Positions 45,863 through 59,100 of a DNA stretch of 64,000 nucleotides are shown here, piece after piece. The stretch lies in the NCBI RefSeq assembly GCF_009914755.1, contig NC_060947.1; one strand, given 5' to 3'. Position 1 is the stretch's first letter. The number at the start of each line of letters is the position of its first letter. A model generated the notes under the pieces. It was not told the DNA's origin, did not search any database, and saw nothing but the letters and a program-made list of their open reading frames with translations. Made by a program: the position numbers and the translations under genes. Source of the DNA: the human T2T-CHM13v2.0 reference genome, Homo sapiens.

Positions 45863-45896
<34 letters not shown>
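45705..45896. repeat. Compound (TA)/(CA)/(TG) microsatellite
   Basis: Direct reading. Confidence 0.92.
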
Positions 45897-46779
45897 TTCA
45901 AATGAGCACTTCCTATCTGAGTTCTGGCAAGGTAGACACTGATGTCACCCCCACCCCAAACAAAGGCAGAAACACAACATTCTTGCCTGAGTATTGATAA
46001 TTAGGAGAAAATTTGTCTTCAGCACTTAGTCCTCAACCAGTACTAATCTCTCATGTCCAGCTCATTGTGGACCTACTGGTTTCATCGCCAACCTGCAGGA
46101 CTCTACTTCCCTCCCTTCTCATATCCCTGCCTATTCCCTTATTGCCCTCCTTTCCCACCATCAGAGAACTCACAAAGAAACACATATATTCCCTAAAATG
46201 AGGGTCTTTTAACAACTTGTTGATTTTAATTTTAATCATTAGCATTTATGCATTCTGTTGTTGTATTATTCAGTCTCTACATTGTTGATCATTTTAGGTT
46301 TCTGGAGATAGTGAATATTTTGAGGTCTCCGTTCCTCTCTCTATACTTACTGACTCCATTTGAGGTAGTGGAGTTCTTCAAGGTCTCTTGATCCTGAACT
46401 GGCTGATTTTGATTCAGTTTCTCATTCAGCCTTTGTTAACGGCCAAATAGTATTGTATCTCTTGAAATGTTGGCTTTCTTGAAAAAATGGTAGATATTAG
46501 AGAAATTTTTTTTCTAGAATCCCTAAAGGGCTATTTTTACCTTCCCGATTATCTCCTGTACCTGCTAGAAAAACAGTGGTCCCAGAGGGCATTGGTTTTA
46601 TGGAAGAAGATGAGGGCGTATGGGAAGAGGCACTTCATAAGAAGAGGTGCAGGCAGAGGAAGGGATTCCTGTTAGGCAAAGAGAGAGTGGGAATTTTGAG
46701 GGAAACTATATGAGGGAGAAAAAGAAGGGCATCAGTAACGTTGTTTGTACTTAATGATAACCTGAGTTATTGACAAGAA

Positions 46780-47738
46780 ACAGAAGGTGTTCCCCCTAAG
46801 ATTTAGAAAAAGACAAGGATGTCTGTCCTCACTACTTCTATTCAACATTGGTACAGAACATTTTAGCTAGTGTATTGAGGCAAAAATAAAATAAATAAAT
46901 ACAAAGGCATTATGTTTGGGAAAGAAGAAATAACCCTGTCTCCGTCTGCAGATGACATGATTGTCAAAAGCAAGTTCCAAAGAATCTTCAAAAAAGTTTC
47001 CAGGACTAATAAGTAGGTTTACTAAGTTTTCAGAATACAATTTTAACATAAAAAGATAACTTCTATTTCTAGATATCAGCAAAAAAGCATTGGAAATTAA
47101 AATTATAAAAATAACACCATTTATAGCAGCATCAAAAATAAGAAACAATTAGAAAAAGATCTGACAAAATATACGTGCAAAATTTAAGTTGAAAATTTCA
47201 ACAAATTACTAATAGAATTTAAGAAAGATCTAGCCAGGCACAGTGGCACATGTCTGCAGTCACAGCTACTCGGGAGGCTGAGGCAAGAGGATCTGCTTGA
47301 GGCCAAGATGTCGAGGCTATAGTGCATGATTATTACACCTGTGAGTAACCACGTCACTTCAGCCTGGGCAACATTGGGAGACCCCGTGTCTAAAAAAATA
47401 AGAAATACAAGAAATATCTAAATAAAAATGAGTTACATCATGTTCATTGACTAGAATGCTCAACACTTTAAAAATATCCGTGATCTTTAAATATCTTCCC
47501 AATCAAAAACCTGGCAGGCATATTTTATATATGCAAACAATTTTTTAAAAATCACATGAAAACAGAACATAGAATAGCCAAATAACTTTGAGAAAGAGCA
47601 AAGAAGAAATACACTATGTGATTTCAAGACTTATTATATAGCTATAGTAATCAAGAGAGTTATTAAAAATATATCTTATTTTAAAAAACAGGTCACTAGA
47701 ATGGAATCAAATTCCAATATAAATTCGGGAATATATGG
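46780..47738 (+). mobile_element. L1M ORF2 fragment
   Basis: ctacttctattcaacattg and gcagatgacatgattgt (RT ADD motif). Confidence 0.78.
47233..47408 (+). mobile_element. FAM (fossil Alu monomer)
   Basis: Contains the FAM-specific cctgtgagtaaccac insert; TSD aagaaa(g/t)atcta. Confidence 0.8.
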
Positions 47739-48184
47739 TATATTATAGTTTTTTAGGGATACAGAAGAAATAGGATATTTCTGTCTGTCCATCTAGATAG
47801 ATAATTTTTATAAGAAATTGGCTCATGCCATTATGGAGGCTGAAAAATCTCACAATTTGCCATCTGCAAGCTGGAGATCTAGGGAAGCTGGACGTGCAGC
47901 TGTGAAAATCAGAGAGCTTGTGATGCAAGTCCCCTTTGAGGGCAGGAGAAGGCTGATGTTTCAGTTCAAGCAATCGAGCAGAGAAAATTAATTTCTCCTT
48001 CTTCCACCTTTTAGGACTTCAACAGATTAAATAATGCCCATCCATACTGGGGAGGGCAATGTGCTTTACTCAGTTCACAGATTTAAATGGTCATTTTATC
48101 ATGAAATACTTTCACAGGGACATCCAGGAATAATGTTTAAGGACTTACTGTCCCAATCAAGTTGACAAAAACTTAACCATCATA
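47739..48184 (-). mobile_element. MLT2 (MLT2B-like) 3' LTR of ERV-L
   Basis: ttggctcatgccattatggaggctga...ggggagggcaat...aagttgacaaaaacttaaccatca, followed directly by an antisense PPT. Confidence 0.85.
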
Positions 48185-48202
48185 AGTTCACCCTGCACCA
48201 AC

Positions 48203-48610
48203 TTAAATAATATAACATATTTATAATATATATTATTTAAATATAAGTAATGAATTACAGTTCAGCAATTAAATATAAAAACTATCTTTTGCTATAACAT
48301 GGAAAAAACTGGAAGCCATTATCTGAAGTAAAGCAATTCAGAAACAAAGACAAATGCCACATGTCCTCACTTATAAGACCTAAATAATATGTATGTATAG
48401 ACATAGAGTGTAGAATGATAGACATTAGAGACTCAGAAAGATGAAGCAGTCATAGGGAGTTGGATGATTACTAAATGGGTACAATAAATATTATTTGACT
48501 AATGGATACACTAAAAGCCCACACTTCACCACTACACAATATATCCATGTAACAGTGTTTCATTTGTACCCCTTAAATTTATACAAATAAAAATTAAAAA
48601 TTTTTAAAAG
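48203..48610 (+). mobile_element. L1PB4/L1MA-type 3' end inserted in ERV-L
   Basis: ggatacactaaaagcccacacttcaccactacacaatatatccatgtaac with A tail. Confidence 0.82.
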
Positions 48611-49310
48611 AACAAAATGCTGTTCCTTTCATTATGGAAGTAGTCCAATATAATCAACTTGTCACTAGGTAGCAGGCTGATCACCCCAGAAATAAATGTC
48701 ATATCATGGATTCAGCGTTGGTCTGTCATGCTGGCAGATTGGGCACTCAGCAGTGGCCATAGCCAGGTCAGCCTCAGTGAGTGTAAGTTCATGTTGGTGA
48801 GCTCATGCATAGGCTTCATCCCTGCCACTATGGCCATCGTGTTCGTGAACCCATTGGGCAATGACGGCCGTGATTGCAGAACGAGGCTGAGTGCTAACCA
48901 CAAAACAAGTCATCCTTTCCACCTGACTATTAAAATCTTCTTCTGAGATCACCAGTTTGTGAGAATTCATATGGAAGACAAAGATCTTCAAGATATTTTT
49001 GCCCATTCAGAGAGATCTTTTCATATACCTCTTTCCTTATTTTCTTTTTTTCCAATTTTTCAATCATGTTCCTTGGCCACCGTCTGCGAATTGGTAATAA
49101 TCACACATCTGGCCATTTTCATTCCAAGCAAAGTAAACAACCAGTTACACTTCTCGAGATTCTATCCACTGGAAAGGTTTTTCTTCACTGCTGTCCTTTA
49201 GAAATATCCCAGAAAGAGGCTGAAGTGCTACAGCGGTCCACTTTACATGGTGCCTGCATGTCATACAGCACTGTATGTAAAACCATGCCTAAGTCTCTTC
49301 TTCCTCTGTC

Positions 49311-49680
49311 TCAAAAAGAAAAAAAAAAAAAACAAAAACCAGCCAGGCATGGTGGTGTGTGCCTGTAATACCAGCTACAGGAGGCTGAGGTGGGAAGATC
49401 ACTTAAGCCCGGGGGCAGAGGCTGCGGTGAGCCAAGATCATGCCACTGCACTGCACTGCACTCCAGCGTGGGTGACGGAGCGAGAATCTGTCTCAAAAAA
49501 AAAAAAAAAGGTACAAATACACCACAAAATTACTACATAACCAAAGAAAGAATGAAATCATTTCCTTTGCAGCAATATGGATGCAGTTAGAGGCCATTAT
49601 CCTAAGTGAATTAACACAGAAACAGAAAACCAAATATCACATGTCCTCACTTATAAGTGGTAGCTAAACACTGAGAATAC
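49311..49680 (+). mobile_element. Composite insert: A-rich stretch + Alu right monomer (49341-49509) + L1 3'-ORF2 fragment (49511-49680)
   Basis: Alu and L1 text interrupting continuous ERV-L pol homology. Confidence 0.82.
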
Positions 49681-51289
49681 CCTTCATGAGGCCGTAGGTA
49701 CAGGCTGGGAGAGAGAAGGCAGGGTAGCAGGAGTGGGGATCATGGGACCAGGAGTTGGGCCATTTCTTCGTGTAACTTACTTGTACCTTTAGAGCTTGCT
49801 AAGGCCTGATCATGTATATGCTACTTCCATTTCATGATGCAGTTTTGCTGTGTATACCTGATTTTTTTGCTTAATGTATCAGAATACTCAGTTTATCACG
49901 GGGAGCCCAGGTCACACGGTAACTTTTTGGCCCAAAGTTTAGCATTCAGTCTCTACTAAGATGCAGTAGCAGGCCAAGATCTGTTTCTTAAAACAATTAA
50001 AGAAGTAATTATTATTACAGCATAATAAGACTTTGCTCCAAAATCCTAAGGGCCTGTGCTATGATCCAAAGGGGCCTGCTGTAGGCTCCAAAGTGCAACC
50101 CTATTTGACATTGACACTTCAAGCACCACTGGACATGCTGAATCTTACGACCCAAATGGCAGAGCAGATTGCACAACAGTCTGGATGTTTTGCAGAGCCT
50201 TCTCCTTTTCTGGATCCTATTCAAAACCAGCACCATTGGGGTCAGTCTGTATATGGGCTGGAATAACACACCCAAATGAGAAATATGTTGCCTACAAAAT
50301 CCATAGAAGCCCACTAGGTGTTGTGCCATTGCTTTCGTTGTAGAAGGAGCCAAGTCCAACACAATTACTTATTCTCCATCTTAAGAGAGTTGTCTCAATA
50401 TGGTCCATGCCATTGGCCTCCTAGAAATTTCACTTGGGTAAGAAGGCCCCTGATTTTTTGTTGGATACATTATTGACCCTCGGCCTTGGAAATACCTGAT
50501 CATAAGTCCAGAGTAGTTGTTATATCTTGCTCACTAGGTCCAATAAACCTAACGGCATTAGTGTAATTGACAAGTGAGTTTTCCTGTGGAAGGGAAAAGC
50601 AATCAAGATTTTTGAGAACTAAATTATGACATAGAGATAGAGAGTTGATATATCCTGAGATAGTACAGTGAAGATGTATTGCTGGTCTGGCCAGCTGAAA
50701 ACAAAGTGCTTCTGGTGGGCTTTATTAATAGGTATGAAGAAAAAACAATATCATTTGCCAGATCAGTAGCTGAATCTCTGGTACCAGGGAATGTGTCAAT
50801 TTGCTCAGGCAAAGGAACCACCTTTGTTACAACAGCTACAATTTGAGTCACCTCCTCATTAAGCCTATAATAGTTTATCATCTTTCTTCAAGATCCATCT
50901 GTCTTATACAAAATCCAAATAAGCAAGTGGAGTGAGGATATGGTGGAAACTATTACCCTGTGTTCTTCAAATTTTAATGGTGCCACTAATTTCTTTAAAC
51001 CCTCCAGGAATATGGTATTACTTTTGGTTTATTGTTTTTCTAGGTAGAGTAATTTCTAATGACTTCTACTTGGCCTTTTCTGCCATAATGACCCGCAATC
51101 CACTGGTTAGAGAGTCAATGTAGAGATTCTGCCCCTTGCTGAGTATAGCTACTCCAATTATAGTGGGTAGGCTACTTCCACTGGAGGAGGAGAGGCAGAT
51201 TCCATTGGTGGTTGGGAGACCTCTTCCAGTAACAAAAACTCATCAGAATATAGAGGGTCATTGACCCCACCTCGTCAATTTTATCTCAC

Positions 51290-52165
51290 ATGAGGAACCT
51301 GAGCTGACTCTTACAATCTTGCTCTCTTACCATGTGATGCATTCTGCCATGTTATGATGCAGGAATAAGGCCCTCAGCAGATGCTGGAGCCATGCTCTTG
51401 GACCTCCTAGCTTTGAAAACTATGATCCAGGGGATGAGTTTGCCCAAGGCCTTGGGGGTTCACCCTCTACTCTCGTGTTCCAGAATGGAGCCAAAGGAAG
51501 ACAATACCCAGCTTTAAGACTTAATGTTGTTTTCCCTGTTGGATTTTGGACTTACCTGTCACAAGTTCCCCTTTTTTTCTTGCTTCTTTTCCTTTTTTTG
51601 GAATGGGAATCTCTATCCTATTCCTGTCCCACCATTGTATTTTGAAAGTGGATAACTTATTTAATTACACAGATCACAGCTGGAGAGAAATTTACCTTGA
51701 GAGGAATCATGGCTGGATTGTCACCCATGTCTGACTTAGACGAGACTCTGGACTTTGAAATTTTGAGTTGGTGCTCAAGTGGGGCTGGGTGGAATGCTAT
51801 AGTTTGAATTTTTTCCCCAAATTTCATGTGTTGAAAATGTAATTCCAAATTTCAAATATTGATTGAAAGTGAGGCCTTTGGGAGGTAATTAGAATTAGAT
51901 AAGGTCATCAAGGTGGGGCTTCAATGAGAGGACCAGTGACCTTATAAGATGAGGAAAGGAGACCTAACTGACATGCACGCTCTTCCTCTCTTGCAATGTG
52001 ACGTCCTCCTCCATGTGAGGATGCAGCAATAAGGCCCTCACTAGATGCTGGTGCCATACTCTTAGACTTCCCAGCCTTCAAAACTGTAAGCCAAATAAAT
52101 TCAGTTCTTTATAAATTACCCAGTCTCAGGGATTGAATTATAGCAACAGAAAATGGACTAAAACA
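51290..52165 (+). mobile_element. MST MaLR: partial LTR + internal 3' end + complete LTR (51795-52165, MSTB-like)
   Basis: PPT gggtggaa, then tgctatagtttgaa...aaatggactaaaaca; aataaggccctca is repeated in both LTR pieces. Confidence 0.8.
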
Positions 52166-52940
<775 letters not shown>

Positions 52941-53249
52941 CTAAAGTATGCCTTCATAAAAATTCAGATAATATAGAACTGCCTGTACATCCGGGGTTTG
53001 AAAAAATACTAGTATATACCCCTTATATCAAAATGTGAGGAATTTAGCTAAAATATTATTTTCCTCTTTCATCAGATTTTTGTTCCTCCAATGGTACTCC
53101 TCTGTTTAATTCAATCACTGTCTTTTTCCACTGAAATGGAAATTTTGTTTTGTGAAATTCATACATCTGTTGTGTAAGACATTTTATCAGTGTCATAAAA
53201 TATTAATATTAATGTTTTCTAGAATAGTAATGCTGAGAAAACAGACTCA

Positions 53250-53430
53250 AACATTAGACTAAGATACAGGAAATTTGTATTTTATTCCTGTCCCAGTAGC
53301 TATTTCACAGGTGATCTTGCCCAATCACCTTCCCTCTCAGAGCCCCATAAAGAAAGAACTTTGTAAAATGAGAAAGGAGGACTAGATGATCTCTAAGACC
53401 CCTTCAAATTTCAGTGCTTTGTGGTTCTAT
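53250..53430 (+). mobile_element. MIR3
   Basis: tgtaaaatgag...ggactagatgatctctaagaccccttc...ttcta. Confidence 0.75.
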
Positions 53431-54454
53431 CTAGAAATCAGAATCAACATATTGAAAATTAACTAGCAGCTTCATAATTTCTAAAGTCATGTTTTCATCC
53501 AAGAATCCTGTTTTCTAATTCATTATTATGGATTACTCATGCAAATTAATTTTTTTCAGACTTTTTTTTGTTTTCATTAAGACTTTATTCAGAACTTTGA
53601 TCTTTGTGAAAATAACCTTCTTTAGCAGGAAAGCTGTCTAAAGGCAGAGCCAATTAGTTGATGATAACTTCATAACAGCAAGTCATAAAGTTCATCTGAA
53701 CGTAGAATACTAATTTTTCTCCTAATATTTTCTACATTCAGTTTTCAATTTTGAGTTTAGCAAATGCTTATTAAGCTCACTGTTTGCTCACATCTATATA
53801 CTGCAATTTTAACGTTATTTTTTGTGCACAGTAAAACTCATATTTCATTCATTAAATGGTTAATGAACTTCTACAATGTGCAAAGCTAGTAATTTACATT
53901 TTGGGAGGAAATAGACACATTAAAATCCACTGCAATTTACTTTTTGCAAATTACAGAAATGCCCTCTTGCACAGAGATTCTGCTATGCTCTATAGCAGTA
54001 TTTCCCAAACCATCTCATATCATGTTCCTCATAGAAAAATAGTATCTGTAAAGCCCACTGGGATCAACAGAAAAGGCAGCTCAGGGTACTGAACCATCCT
54101 AGTACATCCAGTTGCTCTAGGTGTCAATCAGCTAACCTGGTTGATATCGCCATACACCTGTAACCCATTTGCAGCATCTCACTCTGCCCTGCACTTTCCT
54201 ATCACCCACAGCTAACAGGTCACTATTATCTAATTATCATGCCCTGGAGGTATATGAATATGGGTAAAAGATGAATAGCGTACTATAGTTATAAGCAATA
54301 TGCTGGGTTCTGAATATTACAAAGGTAATTAAATGTAGCAGCTGCTTTAATCATGATTGCGGACTACGGGAGAGAGGGTAAAGATATTATTTTTAGCATA
54401 TAGTATGATAAGTACCATAAAAGCATGCACACTGTGTAATTGGAGCACACAGAG

Positions 54455-54770
54455 TGTATTAGTTTAGGTCCTCTGAAAAGCAGACACCAAGAAATCTTTA
54501 GATTTGTAGGAGATCTGTTGGGGGACATGATCAAGTATAGGCAAGGAAGTTTCAGATGGCAAAGCAGGTATGACTTCTGTGAAGAAGGGGAAGGAAGAGT
54601 TTTATCCTGTGGTACATTTATAAGAAAGGTTTTTCTGGGCCAATGAGGCGTTCTCAAGCCAAAATGACCTATTAGAGGTATCCACAGGAATGGGCCAGCA
54701 TTAATGCCCAGTTATTGGCTAGGAGCCAAAGACCTTAACTGCGTCTGTAAAAATGAGTGTCCAAGTAAGG
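54455..54770 (-). mobile_element. Old ERVL-class LTR (LTR41-like)
   Basis: tgtattagtttaggtcctctgaaaagcagacaccaag...caggaatgggcc. Confidence 0.5.
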
Positions 54771-55034
54771 TGAAATACAAGTTTTCTCATTTTATTTTAC
54801 TTACCGTGGATCTCTGTTTATTTGTATGGCTCCATAACCAGGAAGAAAACTGCTCATTTCAGTAACTGAACGTAATTATAGAGTATCAGGTTAACAGTAG
54901 ATTTTTCATATACTCCCTTTATCACGTTTAAGGAAGCTCACTACTATCCCTAGAATGTTGAGGTTTTTTTAATCACAAAACCTTATTGGATTTCTTTAAG
55001 TGTTTTTCCTTGAATCAATTAAAATAATCATTTG

Positions 55035-55305
55035 TGTAGCAAATAGGTTTATTAAAAATGCTTGACATGGCTAATAATCAGGGAAAAATAAATGAAAACC
55101 GCGATGAGGTATCACCTCATACTTGTTATAATGGCTGTTATAAAAAAGGTTAAAGATAGTAAGTGTTGTCAAGAATGTAGAGAAAAGGGAATGCTTGCAC
55201 ACTGTGGGTGAAAATGTAAATTAGCAGAGCCATTATAGAAAACAGTATGGAAGATCTTCAGAAAATTAAAAATAAAACTACCATATAAACAGCAATCCCA
55301 TTTCT

Positions 55306-55347
<42 letters not shown>

Positions 55348-56105
55348 GTGTATATATATGTGTGTATATAGATGTGTATATATATGTGTGTATACTGATA
55401 TATATATACAGACATACTGATTTCAATTTTATATATATAATATATATAATATATATACAAAATATATATAAAAAATTGAAATCAGTATGTGAAAGAGATA
55501 TCTGCACTTTTATGTTCATTACAGTATTATTTACAATAGCCAAGATATGGACTCAACCTAAGTGTCCATTAATGGATGATTGATGAAGAAAATATATGGT
55601 ATATATCCATAATAGAATACTACTCAGCCTGAAAAAAGAAAATTCTGTCATTTGTGACAACATGACAACATGGAAGAATATGAAGGACATATAATGCTAA
55701 GTGAAGTAAGCCAGGCATAGAAAGACAAATACTACATTATCTCTTACATGTGGAATCTCAAAAAAGTCACACTTATAGAAGTAGAGGGTAGAGGGTAGAA
55801 TAGTTGTTGACAGAGACTAAAAATCCAGTGGAGAATGGCGAAATGTTTACCAAAGAATAAAAAGTTTCATTTATTCAATGTCTATTGCACATCACTATCA
55901 TTATTCATTATTAACAATGGTTAATAATAATGAATCATGTATTTCAAAATTACTAAAAAATGTTAAACATTCTCACTATAATAGTAAGTATTGAGGTGAT
56001 AGATACATTATTTATCTTGATATAATCATTTTACAATTATACATATATTAAAACATCACATTTTACCCCATAAATACATACAATTATTTGTCAAAAATAA
56101 AAATT
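55035..56105 (+). mobile_element. L1MA (MA5-9-like) 3' end containing a TG/TA expansion (55308-55470)
   Basis: DICTFMFITVLFTIAKIWTQPKCPLMD; 3' UTR gaggtgatagatacatta. Confidence 0.85.
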
Positions 56106-56109
56106 TAAA

Positions 56110-59100
56110 TGGAAATAATTATTTGTGCTTTTTCTTCTTGATTCTATTAACGTGGTGTATTATTTCAATTACTTTTCATATATTGATCCACCACTGCATT
56201 GTTGGGATAAATCCCATTTAGCTATGTTGAATAAGCCTTTGAATATACTGCTGAATTTGGCTTGCTAGTATTTTCTTGAGGATTACTTTATATTTATAAG
56301 AATTATTGGTCTGTAATTTTTTTGTGTATGCGTGGTACTTTTCCTTGTTATGGAACGAAGGTATTGATGACCTCATGGAATGATTTAGTAGGTATTTCCT
56401 CATCTTATAGTCTTTTAAGAGTTTGAGAAAAATCGGTGTTTATTCTTCATTTGTTTGGGAGAATTCACCCAGTGGAGGCATCTGGTCCTGGGCTTTATTT
56501 GATGGGAAGTTTTTGATTACTGACTCAATATTTTTACTTGTTATAGGTCTCTTCAGATTTTCTACTTTCTCTTGATTCTGTGTTGGTAGTTTGTGTGCTT
56601 TTAGTAATTTGTTTATATCAAATAAATTGTTGATATACAATTGTTCACAGTATTCTCTTATGATCCATGGATTTCTGTAAGGTCTGTAGTAATTTCCTGA
56701 CTCTCTGAATTTAGTAATTTTGGTCTTCTTTTATTCTGAGTTATTCTAGATCAAAGTTTGTCAATTTTCTTTGTCTTCAAGAAACCAATATTTTAAAAAT
56801 AATCTCTGTTGTTTTTATATTCTTTACTTTGAATACTGTGCTCTTTACTATGCTCTTTTTGAAATGGGTGTCAATTTAAGGGGTAGAAGTTAAGTTTTGT
56901 TACATGGATATATTGCATACAGTCCTTCAAGGTCAGCAGAAGTTAAAAGAATAGGGCCGTCGCAGGTTTTTCTTGTACATGTGCAGAGCTCTCAGCATGT
57001 ATGTGACCTTGTAGATTCCTAGGAATATATTTGATCTTTTCAAAGCTCTTGGGGATATCTCACTTCACACCCTTTCCTCCCAAGGTTTTTTATTAGTGTA
57101 ATATTTTACCCAACTGTTATCTGCCACCTCATGCAACAGCAACCTAAGATATTAGCTTATAAATGTGGTTGACAAATACTCCTGGGAAGCAACATCAGCA
57201 TTAGACCAGTTCCCACTTAAATGAAATAAAGATGTACTTTTTGAACAGCTCTTCCAAGGAGTCACCAGAGAAGTCAGAACAAATAATTACAATTCTTTGT
57301 GAATGATGTCTGTTCTGCTCCCTACAGTACTGGGCACTAGTACCTGGAATGCAGGCTGTTATTTTCATGGTTATGGCTGATATGGGGAACAGAGAATGAA
57401 ACTTGTATAAATTAAAGTGTCACAAATTTTACTGTTCTTATGAATAATGAGCTTTTTTGGAATAAGCATTTCCAAGGTCATGACAAGCCATTTGTCAGTT
57501 GCCAGAGCTTGGATGAAGTTGGTTCTGATAGTTTTTGTGTGTTCTTTTTTTCTCTTATGGAAGAGTGGAATTCATAGTTCCTTACTCTGCCAATTTGGCT
57601 GATGTCACTCTATAATTTGTGTATGTTTGTGTTGTATTCTGCAATGTTGCAAAGCTCAGGTATTCTAACAATATTTTAGTGGATTCCTTGAATTTTTCTA
57701 TATACAAATTTATGTAATATTTGAAAACAGATAGTCTTACTTTCTTTACAATCTGAGTGACTTTACCCTTTTTTTTCTTGCATAATTTCCCGGGCAAGAA
57801 CCTACAGTACAATTGTAACCGCCCGGTGGGTTCATCTTGTCTGCTGCCTAGACACAGCCGATTTATCAAGACGGAGGAATTGCAATGGAGAAATAGTAAT
57901 TCACGCAGAGCTGGCTGTGCGGGAGACTGGAGTTTTATTGTTACTCAAATCAGTCTCCCTGAGCATTTGTGGATCAGAGTTTTTAAAAATAATTTGGTAG
58001 GTAGGGGCTTGGGAAGTGGGGAGTGATGATTGGTCAGTCAGGTTGGAGATGGAATTATAGGAGGTCAAAGTGAGTTTTTCTTGCTGGCTTCCGTTCCTGG
58101 GTGGGATGGAAGGACTGGTTGGGCCAGATTACTGGACTGTGTGGTGTCAGATGATCCATCAAGTACAGGGTCTGAAAAATATATCAAGTACTGATATCAG
58201 GTTTTGCAACAGTAATGTCATCCACAGGAGCAATCTGGGGAGGTTCAGACCCTTGGAGCCAGAGGCTTCATGATCCCTAAACTGTAATTTCTAATCTTGT
58301 AGCTAATTTGTTGGTCCTGCAAAGGCAGACTGGTCCCCAGGCAAGAAGGGAACCTTTTTGGGAAAGAGCTATTATCAGTTCTGTTTCAGAGTCAAACAAT
58401 GAACTGAATTCCTTCCCAAAGTTTGTTCAGCCTACGCCTAAGTATGAACAGACAGCTTAAAAGTTAGAAGCAAGATGGAGTCGGTTAGGTCTGATCTCTT
58501 TCACTGTCATAATTTCCTCAGTAATTTTGCAAAGGCAGTTTCACAATGTAAAGTAGAAGTGTTGAGAGTGGACATCCTTGTTCTGTTCCAAAACTTACGG
58601 GGAAAGCATTTAGCCTTCCACCATTTAGAATGATGTCAGATGTGGAATTTTCATAGATGCCATTTAACAGCCTGAAGAATTTTTTTTTTTCTATTCCTGG
58701 TTTATTGAGTAATTTTTATCATTAAAATATGTTAGATTTTGTTAAATACTCTTTCTGCAACCATCAGAATAATCATGAGTTTTTTTTTCTCTTTATTGTG
58801 TTAATGGGGGTATATTATGGTAATTGATTTCAGTATGTTAAAACAAATTTGCATTTCTAGTCCAGATAGCATTTTATAAACATTTATAATCATTTTTGTA
58901 TGTTGCTGTATTTTATTTGCCAGTATTTTTGTTGAGGATTTTTGCAGTTATTGTACCGCAATCTTTATTATTTCCTTGCTCATGCTTGCTTTGTCTTTAG
59001 TTTGCTTCATTTTCCAGTTTCTTTTGTTGGAAAGTTACAGTAATGATTTGGAATTTTTTTCTTTTTAAAGATAGATTTTAAAACAGTAACTTTTTTTTCT

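Larger units (their letters stand above)
48185..51150 (-). mobile_element. ERV-L internal region: degenerate protease-RT-RNaseH-integrase N-terminus
   Basis: RT (YYRLNEEVTQIVAVV..EQIDTFPG..DLAN); RNaseH (KWTAVALQP); integrase zinc finger ATAECPICQ and QVDYIGLLP; multiple stops. Confidence 0.88.

Noticed and set aside
53539-53546. Isolated ATGCAAAT octamers (also 62796-62803)
   Set aside because: Expected by chance in AT-rich 64 kb, with no supporting context.
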